From Lingula anatina (taxonomy: Eukaryota > Animalia > Brachiopoda): a DNA stretch of 64,000 nt. The notes beneath the pieces are model-generated. The model had not been told where the DNA came from, searched no databases, and saw only the letters and a list, made by a program, of their open reading frames with translations. The DNA is taken from NCBI GenBank assembly GCA_051362555.1, contig CM120647.1, forward strand, positions 17,956,651 through 18,020,650, written 5' to 3'. Position 1 is the first letter of the stretch; each line of letters begins with the position of its first letter. Below, piece by piece: positions 12,965 to 27,038 of the stretch. The position numbers and the translations under genes were made by a program.

Positions 12965-14420
12965 TATAATAATAATATGTGTATTTATTTGCAACTTAAA
13001 AAGTTGGATTTTACAATAAAAACAAATAGTAGTGAGATGCACAATCTTAAAATATACTTGTAAGTGTTAAAATGATTCGATACACATTAAAAATTCTTTA
13101 AAAACTCAGTTTTTAAAATTTGATAAAGCCCATGGGATAAAAGTTTTTGACGATCGTACAGTCTTCAATTTCGGCACAGTGTACTTATAAACCCGGCGCA
13201 AAGTGTAAGAACTTTCATTTATCTCTGGTAGCAAATGATGGATTTTGTGTCCTTCAGAGTACATGTTATGCAATAATGTTTTAGATAGTTCATCTCTTCT
13301 ACAAGCAAGAGTGATAAGTTTACATGTTTCAAGTGCCCCATCGTAGGACAGCTCTGGGAATATAATCTTACATGCTCTAATCTGGATGGATTCAATTTTA
13401 GCAATTTGTTTCTGTGTAAGACCTGGGTGCCACACCTGACATGCACATTCTAATGTAGGTCCGATTACTGATGTATAAAAGCTTACAAGTTCATTGGGCG
13501 GAATACCCGCTCTTTTCAGAAGCTTAAGATTGTGTAGCCTTTTACTTGCTTTTTTTACAAATATCACAGATGTGACCTTCCCAGCTCAAATCACTACTGA
13601 TCCTAACCCCCAAGAAGACAGCAGACCCCACTCTCTCAATCCTTTGATTATCTACTAGCAAGGGTGTAGTTTTGTGTCCTTTTTTGGAGAAATCAAATAT
13701 GATCTCTTTGGTCTTGGTAGTATTTATTGTTAGTTTATTAGCATGGGACCAGAGAGTAAGTTCTGTTGTTGCATCAGGGAGATTGTCCTGCAGTTTGGTA
13801 TTCCCGTAGCTTAGAATTGTGGTGTCATCTACATATTTGAATGTGTCACATTTGGTGCTCAGATCGTTAATCATAATGACAAATAAAACTGGACCAAGTT
13901 TTGTGCCTTGTGGTACGCCAGCATTAATGCATTGCCAGTCTGATTTCACACTACCTATCTTCACACTTTGTTTCCTCTCAGTTAGGAAGCTGTAAATCCA
14001 GTTTGAAATAATTCCTGGGATACCTAATTCAGACAGATTTTGATAAAGCAGGGTATGGTCTATTCTATCGAATGCTTTGGTATAATCGACCAAAAGCATT
14101 CTGGCATATTGTCCTAGAGTGTCAGTCTGCCTTGCAATAAGGTCAATAGCTTCGATCAGTGCGTATGTCGTACAGCTCCCTTTCATGCTGCCGAACTGCC
14201 TAAGGTCAATCTTATTGGTCACAATGTCCCAAATCCATTTAACAATAAAACCCTCCAATAACTTAGAGAGCACCGGGGTAAGAGATATGGGTCTAATGGT
14301 CTTTGGAGGAATGCACTTAGGTAGTGGTGACACATATGCATGTTTCCAGAGTGGTGGGACATATCCTTCACGAACTGATGAGTTGAATATAGCACATACT
14401 GGGGCAGCTAGGTAGGTTGT
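12965..14420 (-). mobile_element. 5'-truncated LINE (CR1/L2-group reverse transcriptase) with one frameshift
   Basis: ORF 13542-14492 has RPISLTPVLSK, DYTKAFD, GVPQGTKLGP and YVDD, and continues in ORF 13106-13567. AATAAA and an (ATT)n tail lie near 12965-12990 on the minus strand. Confidence 0.92.
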
Positions 14421-15713
14421 TAATATCCTAGACCCCTTAAGAACGCATGTTGCAGAGTATAAGTGTAACTTTTTAGATAAGATTTTATTCATGCTGTGTG
14501 GTTAATATGTATGTGAATGTTTTCTTATCATAAGTTGCTTGTATAAGGGTACTTCATGCACTTTGTCGATGAAGCTTATGCATTATATAAAAATGCATGT
14601 CGATAAGGCATACGCATAGAACAAACGCTTAGGTACAAAGCTAATGCAATATAAATGTGTGTCTTTCCTTACGCCTTGTGTTATAGTTAATAAAATTCGC
14701 GGTTAATACACTGTCTGTACCAAAGCTCACGTGTAAACTTTTTTATGACTTTCCGTGACTTAGAAACATTTACTTTAAAGTTGGGAAGACCAAAATTCTT
14801 CATGTAAAGCACTTAATTAGATTAACGGTTAATATCAGGTTTTGAAGTTCAGTGAATGCGGTATATATCTTTTTAAATTATAAAAAATGCACTTACTGTG
14901 GATAGTACAGTCCACTGCCTTTGCAAAATGTCTTACTTTATTTAGATATTTATACATGTATACTACATGTACTTTACTGTGATATTTTGTGTTTTCTGGG
15001 AGTCCCAACCATCAGTATACGTGTTGTATTCACTGTGATCCTTGTACTGTATGTCTATATGCTATTTTGTAGTGTGAACAGTGCAGTCCACCGCCTTTGT
15101 TTATTTGACTTAGTTCAGGTATTTCTATACTTGTAGCCTGTTCAGTGTGATATTTTGCGTGATGTTTTCTAGTAGTTCCGACCATCAGTATACGTGTTGT
15201 ATTGAATGTGTATGTTTTTATGCTACATTGTGATGTCAATAAAAATAATGCTGAGTTGCTAAATAAACATCTTTTAGAGCATCATTTCTCTTCTAGAAAC
15301 AGAATCCAACAGTTTTTTGTGTTATTTACATTTTGCCCTGCATGTCTGACTTTCAAGACCATAAAGTTAACCACCAAAAACTAATTTAAGACCAGATGCA
15401 CTGTTTAATTCCATAATATACCATACATATCTTTCCAAGAATCACTGTGAAAATGATGCTGTCTTCAATTCCTCACTTCTTAAAACTGTTTTACTCTGCA
15501 TACATCACTATTTAGTATAATTTATATTTATTTATAATTGCATTCCTATCGTACATTTTCATCTACCCATGTAGTTACATACGATACAATGAAAAAAAGC
15601 TTATATCATGCTGTTTAAATCTTTGTAGACATTTTAAAGCCAGATAACTCTGAAACCACAACAAAGGGGCCCATGGTGACCAATGAAGTCATATGGGAAT
15701 TTATGCAAAATAA

Positions 15714-15760
<47 letters not shown>

Positions 15761-17676
15761 ATGTGATCTTAAACATGACGCCTAACACATTCTTTCAGAC
15801 TGAAAACTTGATAATTGCTGTTTTATAAAAATAGCTTGTAAGCGTGGTAATTAAAGTTTCAAGTGAGCTCTGTGATTTCCTTCAATTATTAAAATCTTGC
15901 TAGGATTTAAAGCTGATTCATCACTTTTTTTGTGAATTTTCGTTTTTGTCTGTACATTTGACAGCTTTGCTGCCCTTTTGTATGACAAAATCAGATTTCC
16001 ACTCTTCATTTTTGCATATTTTAGCATATGTGCATGCTGGTTGAAGGCATTATGCATTTTCACTGAGTAAATGTTAGTATCATATTGTGTCGTGCCTTTG
16101 AGCACAGCAGGGCCTCATTACAACCTCCTTCAAGAAGGCTACGTGTTTGGCTCCATTTGTCTGTCTGTCTGTCTGTTATCAACTTTATGCAAAACGTTAT
16201 GAATAAGAGAGATATAGAACACGCTCAGCAAATAACTAAATTTATGGGAATATTGCTAAATCAGACATAGTCTTGGGCCATAAGCTCCATGAGTACTGTT
16301 TGGCCTACCTGAATTATATACAGGTATACTTGTATGACCTGAGTATTCCGTTATAACTCCCGCAAGTCAGTAAAAAACGATTTGCAAGCAATGCACAAAG
16401 TGCATTGTAAAATATGTTTATGTTACTGGCATATTATTAGTGCGAACATTCTGATCATCTTGAAAAGGTTCGGAAAATAGCCAGTGTAACCGTTTTATAC
16501 AGGGGTATATGAACAGAATTTAATAGCACACCAATTCAAACAAAATTTCTCTATACCAGCATCTATATCGATTTATTTTCACTGACTGTAAAATTTTATG
16601 TCAACGGCGACGACCCTGTAAGTATTGCTAGTAGTTATAACCCATATGCTCACAAACTCGTTCATAATTAAACCATTTGTAAGATTACATGCACAAATGC
16701 CCCTTCACAAATAGAATCTTTTCAATAAAATAGCAAGCAACAGTGTTTTCAAGAACTTTGTTAAAAAATAAAAAAAAGGATATTTTTTCACATTTCCTTC
16801 TCATTTCTCGTTAGATGTATTATCCCTTGTTTTAACATAAGAAGTACATCTTCTGGTGGTTACGTTAATATTTGATGGATACTAAATATGAAATTATTAT
16901 ATAGATCGCACGTTTTTGCTCTGTGATACTAGTAAAACGCGCCATGACACGCATGCGCCTCAACCTTTGCCCTTCTGGCTTCACTTCTCGTGAATATTCA
17001 AAACCCACCCAGGGCTGCGTTATACTGTATATCCCATAACATGACGGTATGTCTCCGATTTGATTCGTAATCACTCAATTAAAATGAATACTGAATTACA
17101 TCGACGGAGGTCTGTTGTCTGTGCCTTTTATTATTATTTTTGAGTTTGTTTTTGTATTCAATGTCTTAAATGGGAAAGACGATGTACAAGTTTTTGGACA
17201 TACACATATAACTTTGGGCCATTCTGAAACACGTATAGTAAACCTTTAAATGATGACCTGGTGGGACGTGGATTTCCAGTGACGCTTATTAACCACCTCT
17301 ACTAGTTCCTTAAACGATTGAATAAAGTTGATCAGCCATCAAAGAGGTTTAAAGCTTTAAATTGCACCTTCTTCATATTATTGATCGTAAATGTGACCTG
17401 CTTATCTGGCCTACTGATCTGTCCCGTTTATATAGAGCACAGAGAGCAAGCAGGCAAGTCTGTTCATACCCAGTTTATCTTTTTTTCGGGTAATATCAAA
17501 CGATGCATTTGGAATTTCTCTAAGTTATACTGGGGGCACATGTACTTTTTGAAAGAATGTGGTGGGATTTATGTCTGCTTTTGTGGCAAAAAGTTAACTT
17601 CAGTTGCAACTTTTAGCAATGGTACATTGTCTCATATGTTGTTTTCAGGTAATTGCAACATTGAAACTTGAACAGT

Positions 17677-19870
17677 ATGTTCAGCAGAGTTCCTCTTGCG
17701 CTGTTGCTACTGGCAACTGCAGCCAGTGCTGGACCCTCGCGGAATGCAGACCAAACAGGCACTGGCAACAAAAATAACAATCAATCACCCGACAGAAATG
17801 GAGCTTCTGTGATCGATATACCATTGAACAGTGCACGCAGCGGGGAACCCAAACCAGGTGGCATTTTGTTTTTTTAATCAAGTTTTCTAACGACAATGTA
17901 CCTTTTTTGTATATTTAATTTCATTTGTATATTTTTTTCCAATTTCTAATGGTAGATAGATATGGGATTTTTCTATATCCGGTGAACTCTGTACTTATCA
18001 TATACCAACAGATCTAGAAAATGGGCTACTATTCCATTCAAACAGGTCCAATAAAATTTGTTATTTTGCTTACTAACTAACAATTGTGGCATCAGTTCAG
18101 TAGAATGTAAGATCCTGTTGTCTGCATGCGCAATGGCCATTAGGCTGAAAATACTTAATTTTTAGTGCAAACGTTATTAATTTGACCCTGCTTGTAATGA
18201 TAGTGTATTATCAACGCTGACCAGAAGTACTGTTTCCATTTTTAGGGCGGTACATCGTCACGTTCCGACCGGGCGTCTCTCCGTTCAACGGTAAGCATCG
18301 TTCCTTCACCCTGTGTTTCAAAGGTCACCGTAGACTGCCTGTAGTTATCTATGTTGGTTTATTAATAACATAAATAAACTTTATAGAAGAATGGCTGTGA
18401 AAGTATTATCATATAATTCCTTGGTCATTTTGGTCATACATGTAGCGGCAGTTTAAGGGTGAAAGTGATATTTTCGGTTTTTGGAAGTTTCTCTACTACA
18501 TGGGCTTGTAACAGAATATTTCAACGACAAATGAGAGCTTCCCATGAGAACTAAGATCACCCCAAAAATCGAGTCTTAAGATGGCATAAAAATCTGTTGG
18601 ACCCGATCGTTCTTCTTTGTCAATCAATTACTACTAGTTAGTACACCAAGTGTGACGGTTACGGATTTATTAGCATCCTCGACAAGTTTAAGAATTATTG
18701 AAAAATGGTCGAAAAGACTCCAGGCACTTCGACTGCAATTTTGCATAATTATTGCCCCATCTGCTATCGCTATGTTCAACTGCGCGGTCCTTATATCCTA
18801 AAACTGATAAATTGACACATAAATCAAAAATGAAAAAAAAAGGTCAAATTTACTGATATAATGTTACTAGCTGATAGCCGTCACATCAATCATTGAACCA
18901 TGATAAACGATGTGTATAGACGATTTATAGAATCGTCAATGTGTTCTGGGACAGGCGCCTGCGGAGTGGAGTGCGCTTGTCACCGGTGTCACGTGAAGAA
19001 ACCGTCGTCGTGAATAAACCGTTCTGACGGATTATTCACGCGGGGGTAGCAGTCTGTTGACTTACAGTACGTAGCTGCACATGCATTTCCAACATTTCCC
19101 CGTAGAGAAAGTTGTAGTATTGTCAAACACACAATTTCTTTTTAATGAAAATGACTGAACTCTGAATTGAAAGAACATTGTAGAGTGAAAACATTTATAC
19201 TACGAGTCTTAGATCTACCACGTTTTTCACACAGAGCAAAACAGTTCAGTCACGATCAAAAGCTCACTTCAAACATTCCCCCGTATACTGTAGTAATAAG
19301 ATTATCAAATATATTCTCTCTCATGACGAAAACCACTGAATTATGAATTGAAAGATCATAGTTCAGTGCAAACGTAGCGCCTACTTAGGACGACATCGTC
19401 ATACCGGAAGTTACTTCTTTCAATCTACCCTCAATGCGCATGTGCAGAACGGTTTCGTCACGGCACGGGTCTATCACGCCACACCGGTCTTTGGATTCTC
19501 CACTTTTGTTGGATGGCCGCATAAAGTGATGACGTCATAGCACAATTACACAAAACAATTGCACATCTAATGCAATATGGGAGTTTGAAAATGAAAGCTC
19601 ATGATGATATCAAAACAATAAATATTTATTTTTAAAGTGTTTAACATCAATAAATACAGTTTGGTATAATAAACAATAAATACAGTTTGATGTAATTTAT
19701 AAATGATGCTAAATGTTCTATATTGGTCATTGTGATCTTTTATTTGTTTGTGACGTGCATTTTCAACCAAAATCCGGTAAAAAAACAATAAAAATAAAAA
19801 AAACAACCTCCCTACCCTGCCTTCAGGTGCAAAAAGTATTATCAGAAATCATTTTATATTATTACATATT

Positions 19871-19912
<42 letters not shown>

Positions 19913-20251
19913 TTCAAAAAATAAAAGAAAATGGGAATCGAGCCCACTCCGCGGTGTTTGACAGCTAAGGACAGTAGCCTACCATCGGTCATCAAATCCT
20001 GCTATCTGATGTAGTGTTATTGACGACATATGATACCTGTCACACACGCGACAGCTTTACGAAATTTGCCGAAGGCTGACAGCTTTACGAAATTTGCCGA
20101 AGGCTAGTAAATGACTTCATAATATACATTTAACAGTTATAGTCAAATTCAAACTACGGCCACTATCTTCCCACTGCCCTAAGGTATTGAGGAGACTTCA
20201 GCTGATCTACTTTTAATGTATAGCTATTTCAGGGTACATAACAGCCTAACT

Positions 20252-20287
<36 letters not shown>

Positions 20288-23200
20288 ACGGGTTTTTGAT
20301 TAAATATTTATGTCTGAATTGGGTTAACTTTAATCGATTATATTTTGATGGTCCGTATAAAAGTTAATTATAATGCAACTTAAGCAGACTCGATGCATTT
20401 CTACACTTTACTATACTTTATATACAAAATCGTTCCACTTTTTCAGCGCGTTTTGCCGCCGGCTTCAACAAAGTGAAAAAGCTGCTTTCATTCAAAGAAC
20501 GCGGACTTGTTGCTATCGTGGATGGGATAGACCATGAGTGAGTTATTATTGTCTTAGTCGCAATGATGATCATTTTGATGGCACGAATGCGTTAGCTTCT
20601 GTTTTGTAAGTCTTGTACGGGTGTGTTTGCGTGTATCTGTGTGTGTTACGTTGTGATGACTATGGGACCATTCTCACAGATATCTGGATCGATCTAACTC
20701 TCTGGGGAGTCTCATTAAATTGCTGTCAACTTGACCGGGTTAAAAATCTGTCACGCCTAGTAAAGCTGTTAGGGGGTAATTATCTTTACCCTCTAGCTGA
20801 TTTGGTAGGCGTGACAGACATTTAAGCCGATTAGTTGATAATAATTTAGTGAGACTCCCCAGGGAGTTAAATCCAGATGGACCGATCTATAGTTGGGAAC
20901 CCAGTCTTTGTGTCGTTTTATTGTGATAGAGAGTGTACTTCCTCATTAATTGTTGTTTTGTTTGATTAAAAGAAGGGGAGATATATGTACCTGTTTTATT
21001 ATTCATTTTTTATTCATTTTTTGCGTGCGTGCGTGCGTGCGTGCGTGCACGTGTTTGTGCACGGATATGCACGCAACTGTTCCTGAATACAGCACGTGTA
21101 AAGGTTTAGTACGTTACAATGCATCCGTTTACGTAATGTATATTATTTAAGTCCATATACAGTATGCAGACATACACGTGCTGTTCAAGCCATATTTTTC
21201 TTCCGGTATTTAGTAACGCGCAGGCGCTAAGGGAAAGAGCTGATGTCCGGTCAGTGAGAGAGGACATACCAGTGTATGCCATGGAGTGTTCTGACCATCC
21301 AACATATAACGAAGACGGTTGGGTAAGTTCTTGTAATAATAGTAATAATAATAATTAAATAAAAACTTTTCCTTTCTGGCCTGGGTCAAGGTGAGGTTCC
21401 CCACATTACCACACTACTACATTTTAATGCTTTCGCACGAATTTGAGAAACTCGTCGCTTTTTCCATCCACATTTACTGCTGTTCCTCAAATCCCACAAT
21501 ACTGTCGATATGTATGATAAAAAAAAAAGAAGAAAAAAAAAAAAGAAAACATCAGGACACCCTCAAACCTTAAACCTTAGACAATCCAGTGCACAGTGAT
21601 GTTCTATATTTTCGAGGGTTTTTGCATCGTTTTAAATCAGCACAAATAAAGATGCATTATTAAACTAGAAAAGGATTCAGAGAGCGCAGACCTCCGCCAA
21701 GGCAGCAATGTCTCAATCCAATGCCGTTTCACCAATAAATTTTCATTCCATAATGATTTAGTTTTTTTTTTATTTTTGATTATTGATTATTGATTGATTA
21801 TTGATATGGACCAAAAATTAATCATCTGTTCCTTGGCCCACTTCTGACAGTTCCTGAGAATATCATCAAAATCGGTCCATAACTTAGTTTTTTATTTTTG
21901 ATTATTGATTGATTATTAATCCAGATCACCACCAAAAACTAATCACTTCTAAGTTAACCCATTTCTGACCTACCCTGAAAATTCCATCGAAATTCATCCA
22001 TAACTTTTTGAGTTATGTTGATGACAAACAAACAAACAAACAAACAAACAGGGGTGAAAACATAACCTCCTTGGCGGAGGTAATAATTAGATGCAGGAAA
22101 AATACTCATTTTTGGGGTGCTAATAAAGGGTTACAATACCCTTGAATGGCAGATGCAATACTCTGTGTTACGTTTCTTATCTTCACCCATTTATTTTTTT
22201 TTTTTTTCGATTCTGCATTAAAAAAATATATATTTAATTTTAAAAAAATCTCATTCAGGGTCTTGACAGTCTTGACGGAGTGTTTGACGATATATTGCGT
22301 GTCGTCGGCAGCGGTGCAGGTGTTGATGCTTACGTCGTGGATTCAGGTAATAACAGAGAATAGATCCTGGGGGATGGGAGATTGAGGGGGGGGCCGTTGA
22401 ACCCTACCTGACCGGGCTATCGAATTTGAAACAAACTCTTTTCCTATAATAGAAGTGAAATATGCAGGTTTTAAGTACGCTACAGGAGCACAGGATCAAA
22501 ACATCGAGCCTCGCTATGAGAACATGGTGATGTAGGGCCTAACACTATACCAGTTCGCGTAAATACAGATTCCCTTACAATCCACTCTTGGTCAAAAAAT
22601 TGTGTCACCTTGTTCTTAGGTACTTTTGCTTACAGATAATTATATTACAGCTGTTAATCGTTCTGAATAGTGATATTTTAATTCTATACCAAATTTTACA
22701 TGACGAAGTGGAAAATACCGGTTAAAATATTCATATTTTTTTACCATTTATTTAAATGAAAATCATAATCATGCACCCCCTCAAATATGATTTTCCACAC
22801 TGATTTCCTAAGAAGTGAAAAATGGCCAAAAGGCGCTACTGAAAGTCATCAAATTTATACACATTTACAAGCACAGGGGCTAGCATAGAATGTGCGCTTT
22901 AAAAGTCGTGATCTTTTAATATATGCGTCCGCAGCGTGAACCAATTACCTACATCAAGGATAACAAGTCTATTTGTGATATAGTGTCCCATTCTTCCCGA
23001 AGAGCTTGACGGAATTGTTTCAGATCTTTAGGGGTTTGATTCTGCTCTGCTTGGCGCACCTCAAATCGTACCTCAAGTACTCATTGTGGTTAGTATTCAA
23101 GCTCAAAGATGTTTGTTCCCTCCTCAGAACATAGCGTTTCTGCAACAAACCAATCACCAGACGAGAACAGTGAGCAAGTGCGTTGTCATTATGGAACTTG

Positions 23201-25275
23201 TAGTCGTCCGAGAAGTTACCTTTTTCAAAGGGAGCGAATAAAGATCAATTTTAATGTTCTTTACTAGGTATAGCGCGTGGACATATCGCCTTTGATGGTT
23301 ATCTCAGCACGAGCACAGACCGAGTGGACTCCCTTTTCTTCGACAGCTACGGCGGAGACGGGTCAGACGACGACTCTCACGGAACGATGGTGGCGGGAGT
23401 TGTAGGCGCAAAGGGCTGGGGAGTAGCTAAGGCTGTAACACTCATACCAGTAAGTTGAGCCACCGCTATTTCTGTTGTACTGTTGTGGCCAACAAAATCC
23501 AAAATCGCAGCCAAACTACGGTTTTCATTGTCTCAGATTTGTTTGGCTGTTTTAATATATATATTTTTTTGCGTTACGACATCCTATTTAGTAAATGAAT
23601 TTTGACATTTTGATCGCATAACTAAAAATGATTGATCAATTAATTTCCTATCCCGATATTTTAATATGTACATGGAATAATAGACCCATTGTTCCAACGT
23701 CGTTATTTTGGAAAAAAATGAATTAAGAATAATTAGGTAAAATCCGTTTAATATTTTCCAGGTAAAGGTTCTCGATGAAAATGGTTCCGGCTACATGTCA
23801 GACATATTAGCTGGGCTAAATTGGATTCTCGAGCAAGTAGGGCCTACGGGGAGAAATCGCCCCTCGGTCATCAACATGTCTTTAGGAGGGCGAAATCGGG
23901 GTGAGAGTTATTTTGAAGAGGCTATAGGCGCGTTACGAGACATGGGTGTCCTCACAGTGGTGGCAGCGGGAAACGATGGGAGAGACGCCCGCTTTTTCGA
24001 TCCGGCTAAGGCGAAGTCCGCCATAACTGTAGGTAAGTCTAGGCATTATCGACATTTATACATGTCGTATGTAAGCATTTTATATGAAGAAAACGTAACA
24101 TATCTTGGCATATCATCCCAGAAGACCATGATGCCTTTTTATTTGTAAAATTTTCATTTTTCACACACTTTGAAATCCTTTAGACGTGATATATAATACA
24201 TGCAATAATGTTTCTTAAATGACATGTTAGATTGTATATAATGAAAAACTGTTGGAACTTTGTGGAGTATTGCATCAAGATTGACAAAACCCCGATTTTG
24301 TGCATTAATTATCAGTATTATTTTCTGCTTTATTCTTTAAGATATGCAGACTTTAAAAAAATCATTTTCACACACTGACATTTTCAAAGAATGCCAATGA
24401 ACACTCATGGGCCTAAACACCTTTATAAATATTTATTCTCAGTGTCCATTTTACCTGTGGTGCATAATTCAAAGTTGGTACTGATAATGTTGTTAAACGT
24501 AATTTTATATTGTATACTGACAAAACAACTATCTGCGCATCATTTTTCTGCTATACAGTGTGTGCCCGTTAATTTGACAAGTCTGCTTTCCCTTATTCTG
24601 CACAGGCGCAGTGGACAAGAACAATTACCAAGCCTCGTTTTCGAACTATGGAAGTGTTCTGGACATCTTCGCTCCGGGGGTGTCGATTGGGGCTCCAGAC
24701 TACGAAAGACTAGACTCCGAATTGCCTAATTTGAGGGTACGTGACTTTATCAAATTATTAAATTAAAAGCATTTTTAATACGCCATCTCTCTCCAGTCTT
24801 TCTGGCAGACTTTGAGTAAGATTCACGAATTTGAACTTCCTTATTGGGGGATGGGGGGGGGGGGGGAGGGAGGGGGGCGTCGTTCATCCATTTACTAAAA
24901 TAATCCTCAAAGTTAAATATGGATACTTTTCAGTATATTCCTTTTACATTCCATTGATATATTTACTCTTCAAGTCTCTATTTCAATTTTGCTGATTTTT
25001 TTTATCTTTCCCTGGCTATTTTTTTTCAAAAACCTCATCACTACATATATGATATACCACACGTAACTGTTCTGTTGCAGGCTTCGGGGACGTCATTTTC
25101 AGCACCACATGTCACAGGAGTGATAGCCGCCTATATTTCAACGCTGTCTACCACGCCCTTCACTGCGGCGTTTGCAAATGATGTGGAAAATTACATCCTA
25201 GCCAACGCCGCGCCAGACCTATTGGGTGGCAAACGTCGCTATACAAATAAGCTACTTCGTACTGCCTGTACTTAG
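17677..25275 (+). CDS. Secreted S8 subtilase B, about 430 aa, without the long poly-Asn module
   Basis: Exons 17677-17857, 18246-18290, 20447-20537, 21214-21322, 22259-22346, 23268-23449, 23762-24032, 24606-24736, 25081-25275 (1293 nt), with the same phases as A. Motifs [26 protein letters not shown]. Confidence 0.93.
19930..19993 (-). mobile_element. Possible tRNA-derived SINE head
   Basis: The minus strand reads tgaccgatggt...gggctcgattccc, resembling Pol III A and B boxes. No intact cloverleaf is visible. Confidence 0.3.
20050..20105. repeat. Perfect 28-bp tandem duplication
   Basis: gacagctttacgaaatttgccgaaggct occurs twice in a row. Confidence 0.9.
20682..20878. mobile_element. Foldback hairpin/MITE in an intron of subtilase B
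   Basis: Imperfect inverted arms of about 80 bp (aactctctggggagtctca...gggtaa / ttaccc...tgagactccccagggagtt) around a loop of about 6 nt. Confidence 0.75.
21665..22084 (-). mobile_element. Helentron-associated/DINE-like non-autonomous element (copy 1)
   Basis: Subterminal inverted repeats ACCTCCGCCAAGG/CCTTGGCGGAGGT, an internal (GTTT)n tract and a CTAG 3' end. Its reverse complement matches 43537-43779. Confidence 0.75.
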
Positions 25276-26230
25276 TCTTTGGGACTTTTAATTCTCTCTT
25301 CAGCACAGAGTGATGTATCACCTCGAACTATAATGGATTATAATGGTGTTGGGTACTACCAATATATTTCAATTAAAATTGCAGTGTTGCTTGGTACCAC
25401 CGTAACAGCTACCGTAAATGTAAAATCTCAAGCATCTTGACTGTACAACTATTAAAAGAGGACAAAACGCCTTCGGTTACAAAAGGGCTTGTGTTGGCAG
25501 GCACTGCTCTCTAAGTCAAATATAATAATAATAATAATCATAATGGGGAAGAGGAAAGGAGGTTGGAAGTGCAATAATGTCACCACACTTCTCTCTTGGT
25601 TAATTTTAATCATATCCTCAAGTTTTGAGCAAATAAATATGATGTGGGTTCCATTTTGATTGTACGTGTTGTTTACTTGTACTTTCTATTTTGCATTTAT
25701 ATGTCACTCCTCGGTTAAATACCAGTAAATGAAAACCCAAAGTTTGACGGGCACGTTGTATATGACGTTACGTTGTACATAACTTTTTATACTACTAGTT
25801 ATCTACGTATGACGTATATAAATAAACGTTTTTCTCTTGCTGTATGACGTCACATAGATAGACATAGATAGACAACGAATGATGAATGCACTAATTTATA
25901 CATGAGTGAAGGGCTGATTAATAGATTATTTGAAATTCAAATTTTCTGACCTAATTGTGACGTTCACGTGCAGCAAACTTGTAGACCCGAGGCCCATTTG
26001 ACAAAATACCTGTAGCTTTAGCCCGAAAATGTGTCTTAACTTTCTGGACACTTAATCAGTCATTAATAGATTATTTACTGCAGCTGCGTCTGTTTTTATA
26101 ACCGGGGAGACTTAAGGCTGATTATTCTGAACGCTGCTTACTATACAGGCAACTTTACGAGAATGGAGAAAAACTTTAAAACTGTCTGCAGTCCCATGAT
26201 TTGGTCGGGTATTACTGAAGGACATGCATG
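24000..26230 (+). repeat. Segmental duplicate of about 33360-35716 (last introns, exons and 3' flank of subtilases B and C)
   Basis: Long runs of near-identical intron and flank sequence, e.g. 25606-25980 versus 35066-35460. Confidence 0.9.
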
Positions 26231-26925
26231 TCTCTTTCGGGAAGCCTAATGCCGCTCAACCCTCCATAAATGAGGTAATTGAGGCATTCAGAGCGTTTAA
26301 GGTACATAAAAATATCCTATTGCTGACGTCCGAGACATCAAGGTGGCAACAACACCCTTTCATATCAATTCAATTACAATTAAGAACCCATTGGATTTAT
26401 GTACTGCTCTACCCATAACAATTTAAATGCAAAGTCTTCAATAATTATATTATTAGAGTTAAATAAAAACCATTCCAGAGATTGAGCTGGCCCAAGGGAC
26501 ATTTATACTAAAGAATTCCAAGGGACGGGATCAAAATCTTATTGTAAGATACTGACTGTAGGCTTGATTTTGGATTAATTATGATGTTTCTATAGGAGTC
26601 AAAGATTGACCAAAAATGTGTGCGTGTTTTTTCCTCATGCACGTTTCCAATTGCCACAATGGAGAAGCATTGCTGAATGGAAAGTTGTGGATTTCTTTTG
26701 AAATTAGAATCATTAGAATTGGCTGTTACATAGTGGATTAATATTACCACAATATGTTTACTGTTCATCGAAAGCACCAACCATTCTATACCCCAAAACA
26801 TAACTCTTTTAATGTCAACCAAACTATCACCACATATTGTTTACTAGTTTTTACTTAATACTCGGCGTTTTGAGGTTTTCCCTACCCGAATTTTTTCTAC
26901 ACACCTTTTTACTGCGTCAAACTAG

Positions 26926-27038
26926 TATTAATGACCGCAAACACAGACCTTTGGTTTACAAATCTGAACACCGAAAGCAGCGGTTAACTTGTCGCCCAAA
27001 GATTGCCTGTGCACTGAAGGTATCTTTTAGAGGTGGGT
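26926..27038 (+). promoter_or_regulatory. Putative promoter and 5'UTR exon of subtilase C, homologous to that of A
   Basis: TATTAAT at 26926 and AG|GTGGGT at 27033 align with TATAAATA (873) and AG|GTGAGT (1002); shared gtgttttatttggtttaat. Acceptor at 27723. Confidence 0.4.

Noticed and set aside
17641-17654. Recursive-splicing-like CAG|GTAATT (also CAG|GTAAAG at 6609 and 23761)
   Set aside because: The introns are short, the coding cases are explained by Val-Lys codons, and there is no independent support.
19930-19993. Functional tRNA gene
   Set aside because: It has only A/B-box-like remnants and no convincing acceptor or anticodon stems.
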